From Trichoplax adhaerens (lineage: Eukaryota; Animalia; Placozoa), in NCBI RefSeq assembly GCF_000150275.1, contig NW_002060949.1, positions 1,175,836-1,239,835 on the forward strand: a DNA stretch of 64,000 nucleotides. The letters run 5' to 3'. The position numbers and the translations under genes were made by a program. The number at the start of each line of letters is the position of its first letter. Positions within the stretch are counted from its first letter, which is position 1. Shown in pieces: positions 1 to 24,858 of this stretch. The notes beneath the pieces were generated by a model. The model was not told where the DNA came from, did no database searches, and saw only the letters and a program-made list of their open reading frames with translations.

Positions 1-3000
1 GGCTCTTGTGTCTTAACTGAGACGTTAATAGACACAGTTTGCATAGCTTTCGCTCGCGATTCTCCAGTTTTAAGACTGTTATTAGACGAGCTAACAGGCA
101 CTGCCTCAGCAGCACTAGTAGAAGCAATTGGGGCTCTAGCTATATCGAGAGCCGCAGGGTTAACAAATGCAGACTTCTTCACTGACGAATTTGAAATCAT
201 AACTTGTACCGAGCTACTTGACTTATCCTTTGGCGTTCCATCTTCCCGTTTATCCATTACTACACGCTTAGAAGCTCTATCAGCATTTGAAGGTGGTAAA
301 TTTCTCTTAACAGGTAGGCTTGATGACAATCCTTGTGACGCATTCATAGTTTCTGATACGCTAGCCTGTAATACAATAAATCTTCCAGTCATGTAACGAG
401 CTTTAACAAATCGCTCAAAAAAATGTTAACGCGTATGCCTATAAATTGGACAGAAATTTAGAAATATACAGTGACGCCTGAAATTCTATTTCACCTTTTG
501 ATTTCCTAATATTCTCTTTATTTGTGGTCGTACTTGTGGTTTAACTGCTGTCTTTTCGTTTGTTCCTGTCTCAGTTTGGCTTTGCTCTTTCGACACCTTC
601 AACGTAGTTGATGCTCTTATGTTTGAATCGGGTTTGTCAGAGGTTTGAATCTGTTTTGATTGTTCCGTTGTTGTGGGTGGGCATTTTGGTGCTTCTCGTA
701 TTACAGTTCGCTGAGCGTCTTCGACTTTTTGTTCTTCAGCATCGTTTGTACCCTTTTGTGATGGTGTACTTTCATTTAAAGCTTGTTGTTGAATTTGTTG
801 CTTGAGTTTCCCAATTTTACCGTCATACTGAGATTTCAAAACGCCAAGCCTCATCTTTAATTCCACTGCGAATGCGAAAATATATAGTATATTTAATGCT
901 ATTCTTAAATCAATCGCAGTACATCATGGCATTAGCTATATCGATGCGCTTGTACAATTATCTTAGCAGTCAAGACTTGAATTATAACTATAAACTTCAA
1001 TATATACCGATATTTTCTTCCAATGATGAAATTTTATCTTTGTCCGAACTTCGTTCGGTTTTTAGTTGATCAATTTCGCTATTTAGTGTTTCTTTCGTAG
1101 AATTAAACTCTTTTGTTTTCGTTTGAAGTCCTCGTAGGAGCCGTCGATATTTTTCCTCCACAGTGTTTTTTACATTCTCTAATGTAGTGATTTGTTCTTG
1201 CAATTTCTTACGTTCATCGTCCTTGCTTGATACTGACGACGCGTTCTTTGATAATTCATTCTTAAGTTTATTAATTTCTTCATCTTTTTCTGTCAAGGAA
1301 GCATTCTTCTTTGACAGCTCTTCTTTAATCGCAGAAAGTTCAGCAGTTGTCTGTGATATTCCCTGGTAATCATGGGATATTATTTATTAATATTGTCCGT
1401 AAATTCTACAGTAAACATAAAGTTCATTCACCTCATCCCCTTTAGTTTGCTTTTCATCTACTTCTTTCTTTAACTCTTCGTATTGGGTTTTATAACGTCT
1501 AGCCAACTTTCTAACCTACAAAGTAGATGAAAACCAAAAGTTACCCGGTAGCATGATTATTTTCCATTTACCATGAACATTTTGAGAGTACCTGTGCAAT
1601 GGTTTTGCCTTTCTCGCTAATATCATTATTTTTGCTCGCAATTTCAGTTTCTAATGTCTTGATGGACTCGTCCTTCTTAGCAATATCTGATTTCGCAGCA
1701 TTCAGTTGGCTCCTTGCTGAGTTTGCAGTTGTAACTAGCGAAGAGACTTTAGCACTACAACAAAAAGTATTTTGATCATCGCTTTAGCAATATAACAAAC
1801 ATTAATGGCATTGAATGCGACAAGTCGATCGCAGATACGTTAGAATTGCAGTACTTATTTTTTTGAAATTCTTCTTTTAAATTTTCATTCTCCTTCTTTA
1901 AAGCGTCTATGCGGTCTCTGGTAGTAATGAAGCCATCGAATTAAAAATAAAGATTATAATTTTATTTTTAGTTAATCTTTAGTAAATCAAACCAACGTTA
2001 GCTGTTTCATTTCCTCTCGGTCGGCACGTTGTTCTAACAGTTGATTGCTTCTTTTAACCCATTGCTCAATTTCTTTTCCCATTGCAGCTTTCTCTGCGAG
2101 CAGAGTATCCTTTTCAACTTTTAGTGTTCTATTGCTGTCTCGTAATGGTTGTATGTCTTTTTCTAATTGGGATATCTAAACCAATGCAAATCCAGCTTAG
2201 CATAGTATAAAATGATTACTACAGATAACGAATAAAGGATCCTGCAAAAACATCTTACTTTCGCTGTTTGCTGCTTCACTTGCTGTTCCAATTTTTCCTT
2301 CTCGTCACGTAGCAACCTGTTACTTTCATTAAGGAGATTCAGGTTCTCAACCTTCTCCATCAAATTAGTGTATTTAGCGGCCGATTCAATTTGCGATTTT
2401 ATGCGATTTCTCTCCGTAAGTAAATCTGATCTGGCTTCTTCCAGTTGTCTTTCAAGGTAATCACATCGACTCTTAAGCCTTAAATTTTCCGTCATGGTCA
2501 CTTCATATTTTGTTTCAGCAATATTTTTCTCTCGTCGTATAAAACTAGTGAAAGATTGCATATATATATATATTTTTTATATAATCTAACAACAACATCT
2601 AAAATACTATTTGGGTTAATAGAGTAATTTAAATACCAATTTACCGTATAACTTCTAGCAATTCATCTGAAGACTTATCTGAATTGCTGAATGAATCAGA
2701 CGTACTGCCATCAAAGGACGATACTTGACCATGCGAAGCAAGAGTACGTGAACTGATCTGTAGGAATATATATATATCTTGTCATTTTTGATGGTATTAA
2801 TAATTTTTCATTTCTATAACAAAATACAATATTATAATTTATTGAACCTCTTCTATTTGTCTATGTAAGATAGCATTCTGTTCATCTATTTCTTTATATC
2901 TATTTTCTAATTGTTCTATATCTTGCTTTTGTATTCGTAATTGCTCTTCATATGAATTCTGAAATATGATACACAAATTATTACTCAATTAGAAATACAA

Positions 3001-6000
3001 AAATAAGATAAGATTTTAATTTAATAACACTAACAGTATTTGTTTGCAAGGTTTCTTCCGCAATCCTTGCTGTTTCTTCGGATAGACTAACTTTTCCTTG
3101 CAATTCTCGAAGCTATGCAGCAAAAAGGTCAATAGCAGCTTTGTCATCAAACATCTACTCATTGATATCAATAAAATAATACAAATATGTGTTATAAGTA
3201 CCTGTTCTTTAACTGCTATTAATTCTTTAACATTTGCTGCATGTAGAATCATTTCTCGCTCATACTTATCCTGAGCCTGTTAAAGTATTGTAGAATTTAA
3301 TATCAACGTTTATAAATTTACAAGGTTAAAGTCTTATTATTTTACTCTAACCTCTGTTGCTAATTCTGTTTGTGCTTTATAATCATTTAAAGCATTCTGT
3401 TCCGATTTTTTTGCAGCATTCAGTTCCTCTAGAGTCGTTTGCAATTTTTCTTCAGCAGATTGTAAATTTTTTTGCAATTCTTCATTCTTATACAAGAGGG
3501 TAATATGTCATATTAATACTCATATCAATGACCACTTTAAATCTGCAATCAATAAGACAAACCTTTGCGTCAACACTAGTTTCTAATTCACTACACGATT
3601 TCTTCAAGTTTTGTATTTCATCCTCCATCGTTTTCAATTGATCCTTCATCTCGATTTCCCCTAAAAGTTTCATAAATAGCAAACATTTTTATAAAAATGT
3701 AATTATTAATAATAAAAATACAATGCCGCACATACTTGACTTATAACCCTGTAACTCTTCTTCCATAGCTTTCTTAAATTCATTAGAAACCTAACAATTG
3801 AGACAGGAAATATAATAAAATATAAGATAGCCAAAAAAGTATCGATATGAAATGAAACTAGAGACATATCATATGAATATGGAGGCACAATAGTGCGTTA
3901 TAATGCACTAACTTGATTAACATCTTTTAAGGCGTCTTCGTTAGCCGCAGCAATTGCTTTATATTGTTCTATATGAGATTTTGCCTGGATCAGTTGCTCT
4001 TCCAAACCTATTTAACCCGGAGTATTCAAATTAACCAAAGCTATAGTCTATAATTGGAGAGAAGAAAAGTAAATACCTCGGGAACGTGCTAACTCCTTCT
4101 GTAACTCAAACATAAGTTGACGTGAGTTATCCCTATCTTCATTTGGTTGAGATTCCTCAGCATTGTCTGTATCTAAAATTATTGACACATGGAATCAATA
4201 CCAGTTTTAACGTTAATAAGATCAGTTTCTATTATCTATAGTAGTATATAATAAATTACAATTACCGTTGCCATCTCTACCGTGGCGTAGATAGGTATCC
4301 AACCGACTCTCACTTGCTTTGAGCTGGTTCTTAATTTGTTCATTCTAGTATATGAGTCATCAGTAATTCTTACTATTCTTCTCAGTAAGTCTTAAGTTTG
4401 TTATTACAAAGTCGTTATACCGATATCACTATTTAGCTTTTTAACAGTTAAACTGACCTGTTCATTTAATGTATTAACTTGGTATTCAGCCAGCGTCAAT
4501 TTCTCCTTCGTGTTTCGATAATTTTGTCTTTCTGTATCAAGATCTTTTCGAAGATTAGTTATTTGGGCCTATAGTAAAATACAACGTTCTAATATCAACA
4601 ACTGACGATATAAGAAGCATGGTGAGGATAAGAGTAGTACCTCAAAAAATTCAGCACGGCTTAGGAAGTCACTTTTTTCAACATTTAGTTTATCTTTCAA
4701 TGTACTAATTTCACTTTGTAAAGTTTCAATCTGATTCTTTAGCTTAGACTTTATTTCGTACTCGGAGCTTTCGAAATTATTCTGAAAAAATTTTAATACA
4801 TTTTACTATATTGTACCACATTAACAGGTGAGATCTAAATCTGCTTATAGAATCAGGTTATCTTACTTGAATAGCTTGTAGATTAGCAAGGAGAAGGCCC
4901 TTTGTTTTTTGATCTTGAAGTAGTGACTGGTTTTGCAGCAGCAGACGATTTTCAGACGACTTATACAGGTCGCGTTCTCTTTCTAAACTCTGACTTTCAG
5001 CTTCTAATCTAGCATATCGTTCACGAAGTGTCGAAAGTTGCTATACGTATTGGATGAATTCAATATGTATCACATATCTGGTAATCAATATTAAAATGGG
5101 CCAATTCTAACTAAGTATACCTGTCTTTGAGCTTCGTCTGCTACCTGCATCTTTTGGAGGGATGAGGAATATCTTTGACTACTCTCACGTACATGCTCAA
5201 TCTCTTTCTTGTAAACATCTATTTGCGATACAGTCATCTGAAGTTTCTCCGCAGAATAGAGGATATCAGATTTTAATTTGTTATTTTCCATTCTAAATTC
5301 AGATGCTTCCTTGCGAAAATTTTCCATTTGATCTCCTATAATCCTAGAAAAAGTGCAGAACCCCATTTTTGTGGTCAACAAAATTTTTAAGTGGCTTGAT
5401 ATTATCAATAACAAGTTGTTCGTATACTTGTCATTTTTTTCCTTGTTTTCTTTGTATTTCTTAAATTCCTCTTGTAATTCTAGTAGTGCATTTAAATGAG
5501 AGGAACTATCTTCCTTATCAATAGTGGTTGATTTTTCCATGCTTTCTTGGGACTTATTTGGAGTATCACGTTCCTGAAGTACTTTATACATATCACGCTG
5601 GCGTGTAATTGCTTCAGTTATTTGCAACTGCTGCAATCTAGTCTGCTCCATGTCTTGTACACGTTTTAAAGCATCTTCTAGTCGACTTCTTAGTTCTTTC
5701 CTAGAATCTGATTCTATCTGTTCCTCCTTTTCCTCGAGTTTCTTACTGAGATCGCGTACGACAGCAAGCAATTTTTGATTTTGAGCTTGAAGTTCCTCTA
5801 TGTTTCTATATAGCAAAATTATTCGTAAATATACATCAAAGAATATTATATAGTTTTAGAAAGACAATGTAATAGATTGGGGGTATACGTTAACACGATA
5901 AATAAACTTGCCGGAATATCACAAGATGTCCAGAGATAACTGCAGATGAACTAGAAACTTCAGTGTCTTGCAAGTTGTCCTCTATCAGAGTCACTTGCAT

Positions 6001-9000
6001 AGATGAATCCTTTGCGATGCTTTCTTTTAATAACGTTTGAACTTGTTGACTCAAATCGATTATTTGTGCTTTTAATCGTTTATTTTCACTTTTAAGTTCT
6101 TCACTGATAGCCAACACTTCTTCGATATTTTCCCGTAAATTTCCATTTTCCTATACATTACGATTTAAATTATAGAGTATTGTATATAACCATATCAATA
6201 ATTTTCTTTTTTAAGTAGTTAATGACTTACCTTAACAGCATCGTTTAATTTGGATTTCAACGATTCGATCGAAAGTAGACTTTCTTCGTAATTCTTCTTT
6301 TGTTGATAAAGCAATGGGGCTCTTTCTTCGATTTCCTAAATCCGAATTATTTCATGATTGTCACAAACGTTAAGCATAATAAAATTTAAATTTGTTATTG
6401 CCTTCGATATATTCAACACTACTTACAGCTAGAATTTGATTCAAGTACTGTTTCAATCTTGTAGTTTCATCTTTTTCCAGTTGCAATGCTTCAGCCGTCT
6501 CTACATATTTAGTATAAATCTAGTGTGGTAAGCAAAAGTAGTTAATAAAATGCTTATTATAAAACCTGGACTTGATTTACTTATTTTTTTTTTGCGGTAC
6601 GATTAATTTCAATCTAGAGTAAACCTCAGTTAGCGTCATTCCCGATTTCATAAAAGCACCGGTAGCTGCTGCTGTTGGTGAAATTTTTGACATAATCCCA
6701 GCTGTGGTATCGGAATCATCTAAATTTAACGTACAAATAGGAAAGCTATATTTACTTAAGTGAATATTAAATTGTGCTAGAATACAAAACATATAGAATG
6801 GCTTTAAATCTGTGACCTCGACTTCTTGCTGCCGATAAAAGATCATTTGCGTTGTTTAGCTCATTTTGCTGTTTTTGGACAGTATCCTCTAAATGGTTTT
6901 ATAAAAAAGGTTGTAATTATTTTATGAAGATTTATTAATGAATTAGAATCATCTCTAAATATTTATTGCACAGCAATCAACTAACTATAAATTGATGTCA
7001 AACCTAGAAGTTTGGTTTTCGATTCTAGGGATTTAATCAATTCCTCGTTGTGGCTTTCACTTTCTGCCAATGCTAATAAAGTATTGTGCATATTTAATTA
7101 AAAAACAAACATGAATAGCTTCTACTCTAATAAGTATACACTGTAGCTAAGAAAATATTTAGGTTCAATCTATCAACACTTATTTTACGATCATTACTAA
7201 CAAATTTGTGTATTTTTTAATTGATCGTGTAACTCTTCCACAGCTTTTGCTAATTCTTGAACTCTAAATTCTGATGCTTCACTCGCAGTCTAGGCATTAA
7301 ATTGTGTAAAAGGTAATAGGAGATTAACGTATGAAAGTAAAACTGACGTACAAATTAGTTTACCGAACCTTATATAAATCAGCTAATTTCCTTTGAGAAC
7401 TTAGCTCCGACGTAATTTGACCTTCAAAAGTATTTCTTTCATCTTGTACCTAATATAAGAAACAAGAAAATGAATTTTATACTTAAACACGCTGCTTGAG
7501 CAAGAACTTAGACATTACTTTTTTATTGTATCTTGAAATAACTACATGATTGAAAGATTGATAGTGAAAGAATGAGAGACAATCCAAAAAAGTTGTAGAC
7601 GTTTTAAGCTAAGACGTATTACCTCTTTTAGTTTACCCAGTAAAGTATCAATTTTATTCTGTTGATCATCGCCAGACTTCTCCAACAATGTTTTACTGCT
7701 TCGGAGGTGCTCCGCCTTTTATTTTTACCGGAAGTCGTAAATATTGTATAAGATATTAGGTAGAGATATTGCAATTTACGAGCAATAAAATCTTACTTCT
7801 AGGCGAAGCGATTCCAATTCATTAGTAACGATGAGAAGTTCAGACGACTATCAGAGACGAAAATCATATTTTCATTAATTTAATTTGAAGGAAAAATAAT
7901 ATTTAATCGTGATAGCAGCTATACAAAGCAAAAGAATGATTTTTAATTAATTGTATCTACCTTTTCTTTCCTGTATATATTGAATTCTTCCATTATTTTC
8001 TCATTTTGGGCTTTTAACCATTCTCCATGAGAGGATATTAACTGCTTTTCTTGCTCTAGACGTTGTTCCCGAAGCTACAATATTTATATCAAATATTTTA
8101 TCGATCACAGATTCAACATTACAAAATAAATTTATTGACGTGTAGGATAGTGGTAAGCATATATGAAAATTTCATCATATAAATAGAATACGTAAGCAAA
8201 ATAATAAAAGGTAAATGTATTTTTCTACCTTCCATGTTGTTTCAGTACTTTCAAGCTCATCAATTCGTGCCTGAAAGATCGTTGTAATATATTAATGCTG
8301 TAATGAATTGCTGACCTTTTTCGATAGATATGGTTTAGCAGAAAGAAGACAAGTATACAACTAAAACCAGATATGGACCTTACCTTGGATGTGGCGGTAT
8401 TACTGTTAGTATCGGACAATTTCTCAACTAATTTTTCTAATTCATCTACGTTCGATATGACATGGTTAAAATAACTGTATTCACCAAAAAACTTGTATTA
8501 AAGTAAATTAATTGATTACCTTGCAATTGGGAAATTGTCTTATCACGATTATTAATTATATCTAATAAATCGTTCTTCTCTTCATTTAATTTTTCAACGA
8601 GCCGGTTATGATCGGACTGCATGTTATTAAATCATATTATAGTCAGCATTTTATACTATCAAATATCAAAAATTTTCAATTATACCTCGTTATTTACAAA
8701 TTGATCAATGCGAGTTTGTAATTGACGAATCTGATCATTCTTATCGTTGAGAGTATTGCCTGAGGGATCCAACAGATAAAAAACAAGTTAGAATTTCATT
8801 ACTAGGTAGACTGTACAATATCGATGCAGTAATTAATAATTTTTAATCATCGTCGTAACATAAACGTGAATATTTTGCTCTCTGTAGTGTAGGACGTTTA
8901 ATTTTAATTAAAAAATTTCTAGTATGTAAAATAAAGAGTTTTCATTGATAGTACAATTACAGTATTAGCACCTTTCTATTTTCGATAATAACTTTAGACA

Positions 9001-10591
9001 GATACAATATTGTATATGCACAATGCAAGTCATACTTTACAAGAAGGGATAGTTATCTCATGATAGATTTAGATAGTAAGGAAATAGATTGATCGCAATA
9101 TTACAACTTTTTATTTAAAGGTGTGCAGTGCACACTGTGTAGTTACTCGTGCTATTCTAGCAGAAGCTTCATCTCATATAGAGTAAAATTTGACTAAAAA
9201 CCGAATATTTTAGCATTAACACGTGAATATATAGTAATTCCTTGGCACGCTCACCGTTGTCTTCTATATCCTTTGAAAGTTGATCGTTATATTTTTCTTG
9301 TTTTTCGATCTTAGCCCGAGAGGCTAACAGTTCATGTTCAATTTCATGTAATCGATTTTCTATTGAAGACGAGAATACGGAGAAGAAGAAATGTTGCTAT
9401 TACTATTAGGGTTTAGTAATATCGTTATTTATCCAAAAATATGAATATAGAGTATTGATATCATATCAATGCAAGTTTGTGCCACGTTAGTTGAGTCTGA
9501 TTCATTTAGAACTATGTAGCACAATTGAATTACTGTCTATTACTATGCGATAAAGTAATCTGACTAAATGGCATCATCATGGAGTGGATAATTAGAACTG
9601 AAGATAGTATAGTTGTAACTAGCTCCGATTGAGTAAAGACTTGCAAATGCACGCTTGTTTCTGTACAATACTCAAGTTTGTCAGTATGCAAGCGTAGCAA
9701 CGTTTTTGAGGTTGCACGACAATGTAAACGCTCGTTAGCATCGGTGAAATACTCCAATGCCTATTATGAGAATATTTGATTGGAATTGTACAACTATCAA
9801 TAAGTGTATGCTTTCACTGATTGGTTATAAGCTTGAGATATGGATGAACTATCCAGTGCTTGTTGAAAGAATTTACAGTGCAAGTGCTAGCTTCAACGTG
9901 ACACACATCGTCTGTATAAGAGATTGATTATTCATTGATTGAATGTATTTATGGACAAGCCTGATACAATAGTAGCAGAATAACTGCATCCTACATTGCC
10001 AATTGAACGTTCTATTTGCAAAAATAGGCATAGTTTTAGTGATTTCTTTTACTGTGGTAATATTCTGTCTATTCAATCCTGGTAGACTATATGATGAAGA
10101 AGGGTAAGCCATCGGTGGGGGTAATACGCGCATGGTTGTCCTCTCGATTGCCGACTAGAGTTGAGTTAAGTTGTACATATTTGGCTTTATTTTAGTACAG
10201 TTAATCAATAAATAAGTCAAGTTTTAATGCGTTCAAGACTTGTTGATAGATCTATCTATATATGTCTATGTAGATACTATTAGTCATTCATGATTATTTG
10301 GATTGAAAATGATTGATAATGTTGTTTGTTAACATGACCAACATTGCACTGCATCTTATTTTTTAGTGCAAACGGAACTACTTGGGATACTGCATTACCT
10401 GCATTGAAGGAAGTCCTTTCATTTTCAGCTTGTAAATGCTCTTTTTCGTTCAACCATAACTGATTCTTTCGCTCTTGATTTTGAATATAGAATTCGATGT
10501 TAGAAATGACTTTCCTAGCCAATTGACTTTGTTGGATGAAAGTATCCAACTCTTCTTGATTTAATTGAATGACACTCTTTACATCCGTCAT
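1..10591 (-). CDS. TPR: Nucleoprotein TPR (nuclear basket coiled-coil protein), multi-exon; C-terminal part continues beyond the left edge of the window
   Basis: Spliced exons give TPR/Mlp signatures: SPTAAATGAFMKSGMTLTE (6625-6680), HLVIFR|NIEELQAQNQKLLAVVRDLS, DKYEREMILHAANVKEL, FIRREKNIAETKYE, LARRYKTQYEELK. ATG at 10589-10591 with a GT donor at 10398. The rest is long coiled coil followed by a low-complexity S/T/P-rich region. Confidence 0.95.
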
Positions 10592-11089
10592 TTTTCAGCT
10601 CAATTTTGGAAAGGCCTAGTTGGAGCTATCAAGCGGTACTTCCACTCTTACTACTTTTTATGTCCAACTGCAATAGCGATGTTGGCTGAGAAAGATTTCT
10701 CTGTATTGCGTGGAAACAACTGCCAATAGAACTGAATGCGTTAATGATATAATTGCAATGGCGTAAGAAGATTAGTCAAGGAAGAGGACGCAGGAGATCC
10801 CTTGGTGCTACAACATGAGCGCAGTTAGGAGTGGAGAGTGGAGCGCCGTTTTTCAATTCAATTGACTGTTTTCAAATGTGCAAGGCGAAATGGTGGCCCC
10901 TGGACACAGGCCATACTGGACGTAGTAAGCAGGCAAAGGGATTGAGAGGCAAGATAGCTGATTAGCGATGAGCTAGCGTGAAGTAAGAGGTCCACAATAC
11001 TGATACTGTAGCGCTCAACTGTCTTCAACCGTACACTTGGATATTTGTCTCTCTATGGCGCAGACCTCAACGTGTGAGCTGATGTTGAC

Positions 11090-13185
11090 ATCCAGTAGAG
11101 TACAGTGTACACATCCCGTACTGTACACTGTAGACTACAGTGTACAGTGTACAGTACAAGATGGGATACAGTAGATACAGTACTGTACAGAGGCTGATAC
11201 TGATACTGAGACAGTACAGTACAACATTGGGTATACAGTACTGTACGTGTACAGTACAGTACACTACAGTACTGTACTGTAGTCTAGCGATGAGCGTACT
11301 GTACAGTGTCCAGTACAATATGAGATACAGTACAGTACAGTACAGAGACTGATACTGATACTGAGACAGTACTGTACACTGTACAGTACAGTACAACAGG
11401 TTTGGAATTTTTTCCTAAAATAGATTTTCGATTTTACCCGACAGAAAAGGACAGAAAGGGGGGCGCCAAAGGGCTGCTTTTTGCAGCGATCGTAGTACAA
11501 TATTGACTTACTGTACTGTATTGACGTACAGTATAGTACAGCACGCGATGCTCCGTATACTTTTTTATCTGTATGGCGGTGGCCGGTGACTACGGCATAC
11601 ATAGAGGTAGAGGTTTTTTTCTGTTTTACCTGTCAGGCCATATACTGTACGTAATACTGGAAGCATACAGCTACCAAGATATTTTCTCTAGCAAGTCGCT
11701 CGCTGTACAGTACAGTACAGTAGAGGTAGAAAAATGATAGAAAGACTCAGTACAGTGTCTACAGTAGTAGAGTAGAGTAAAGTACAGTACTGTACACTGT
11801 AGTCTGTTGAACAACAGTACTGTACACTGTACAGTAGAAGCCAAAAAGAAAAAATGATAGAAAGACTGTACAGTACAGTACAATACAGTTTACCGTACAC
11901 TACAGTACAGTACTGTACAGTACTGTGCTGTCAAAAACTGAACGGACTGTACGGTATTGTAAAACCTCCTTACGCAGTACAGTACAGTGTACAGTGTACA
12001 GTACACCCTATTTACAGTACTGTACAGTACAGTACAGTACAGTACTGTATGGCATGTACTGTACGGTACTGTAAAACCTTTTACGCAGTACAGGACAGTA
12101 TGTACAGTACTGTATGTAATATATTCTGTTGTATGCAGAGACGTACAACTCACAGTCAAGAAAACTATGTTTATTGAAGAAAGACAGAGAGGATAACAAG
12201 AGAGAGACGAGGTATAATCACTACTACCGTTAGCAAGAGATGCGCTCATTTATATAGCGATCTCTGAGCCTGTTGACAGGTAAATAGTATAGCGTAAACA
12301 GGTTAGATCTTTGAGATCTATAAGGTACTGTAGTTAGCCAATACATGTTACACTGTACACCCTATCTACAGTACATTCTACAGTACAGTACTGTACTGTA
12401 CGGTACTGTACAGTATAGCATGTACTGTACTGTACAGTACTGTACTGTACTGTACTGTACGGTACTGTAAAACCTCCTTACGCAGTACAGTACTGTACTG
12501 TACTGTACATTACAGTACAGTACACCCTATGTACCGTACAGTACTGTACGTACTGTACTGTATGGCATGTACTGTACAGTACGGGACTGTAAAACCTTAA
12601 GCAGTACTGTACAAGTATAGTACAGTACACCCTATCTACAGTACAGTACAGTACAGTACTGTACTGCAAAACCTCCTTACGTAGTACGTACAGTACTGTA
12701 CACCCTATCTACAGTACAGTACGTACAGTACGTACTGTATGGCTTGTACTGTACTGTACGAGACTGTAAAACGGTACTAAAACCCCCTTATGCAGTACAG
12801 TGCACAGTGTACAGTACTATAAAACCTCCTTACGTAGTACTGTACAGTACAGTACAAGTACACCCTACCTACAGTACTGTACGTACAGCACGTACTGTAT
12901 GGCTTGTACTGTACTGTACGAGACTGTAAAACGGTACTAAAACCCCCTCATGCAGTACAGTGCACAGTGTACAGTACTGTACGTACTGTACGGTACGGTA
13001 CTGTAAAACCTCCTTACGTAGTACTGTACAGTACAGTACAAGTACACCCTATCTACAGTACGTACAGTACGTACAGTACTGTATGGCTTGTACTGTACTG
13101 TACGAGACTGTAAAACGGTACTAAAACCCCCTTATGCAGTACAGTGCACAGTGTACAGTACTGTACGTACTGTACGGTACGGTAA
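11090..13185. repeat. TACAG/CTGTA (GTAC-core) low-complexity array in the TPR/ROCK divergent promoter, with higher-order units
   Basis: Dense tacag/ctgta/tacac pentamers and TACAGTACTGTA palindromes. Three near-identical units start near 12734, 12894 and 13078 (spacing 160 and 184 bp). Confidence 0.95.
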
Positions 13186-14051
13186 TACCCCCCTCCGGGC
13201 CTCCGCTCAAGTTGCAGCAGTAGAGGGTTACCAGCAGATGACTGAGTGGAAAACCACCACCACCATTGACAGGCTGTACCCTACTGGTCGGTCGTGTTCC
13301 GCTACTCCGTCTACAGTACAACGGTGACAGGCGATAGCACACTAGCCGGTACCACCCCTTCACCCCCCGTTCCCCTTGTCGCCATATTACAGTACTCAAT
13401 GTGGACGGTTACCCAATGATCAAAAGCTGCGTCGGCTGCGTGTTGCTGATGCGTATTGACATTTTCATAGTGGCTAAGGAAGAATCATAGCAGCCCAATC
13501 GTTTTTATTCCCATCCTATCCACGTTCATTGCCAATTTAAAGTTGATTTTGAAGCTATTACAATAAACCGTTACTGCCAATTGTCCATGTTGGTGGATTT
13601 CTGACAATCCCAATTTGAAAAATTGACAAGGAGCGGTCGACTCACACAATTCAGTCAAGGGAAATTCGCAGGTACTGCAACTCATCTTGTTCAATTGGAC
13701 TGCCCAAGTGGCCATTGCGATCGCTATTCTTGCATTTTCCGATGATTACAATTGTACTCATGCTTTTATCCATTTTACTGTCATAAATATGTTCTAAGTT
13801 ATTCGTCATGGGTTGATTCAATGTTGAAATAAAAAAAAAAAAATGAGACCTATGATATCCATCATGCACAGTAAGACACCAGGAGTACAGTACTTTGACA
13901 CAGCAAACAACTCCCAACAAATCCTTTTACTGACTGTAGCAAGCTTGTATAGTGGTCATGTCAATCATTATCTTTGTGCCAACTTTTGCTATTTTGCTCC
14001 AATCAACTTATTAAATCAACATCAATTAATATGATATACAGATCAATAACC

Positions 14052-24858
<10,807 letters not shown>

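Noticed and set aside
5793-5803. CCTCTATG match to the TIR motif
   Set aside because: It lies in conserved TPR coding sequence (NIEEL), so it is a chance match.
9530-10133. Short ORFs in TPR intron 1
   Set aside because: No recognisable domain and no phase-compatible splice signals.
10245-10270. Imperfect palindrome ending in ATATGTCTATG, resembling another CATAG footprint
   Set aside because: The left end is degenerate, there is no TSD, and the sequence is AT-rich low complexity.
12734-13185. CRISPR-like repeat-spacer appearance
   Set aside because: The intervening segments are themselves repetitive pentamers, the context is eukaryotic, and there are no cas genes.
11067-13399. Many overlapping Y/C/T/V/S/Q-rich ORFs (also at 31996-32322, 50285-50572 and 54374-54776)
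   Set aside because: TACAG/CTGTA repeats contain no stop codon in any frame, so these ORFs are by-products of the repeat.
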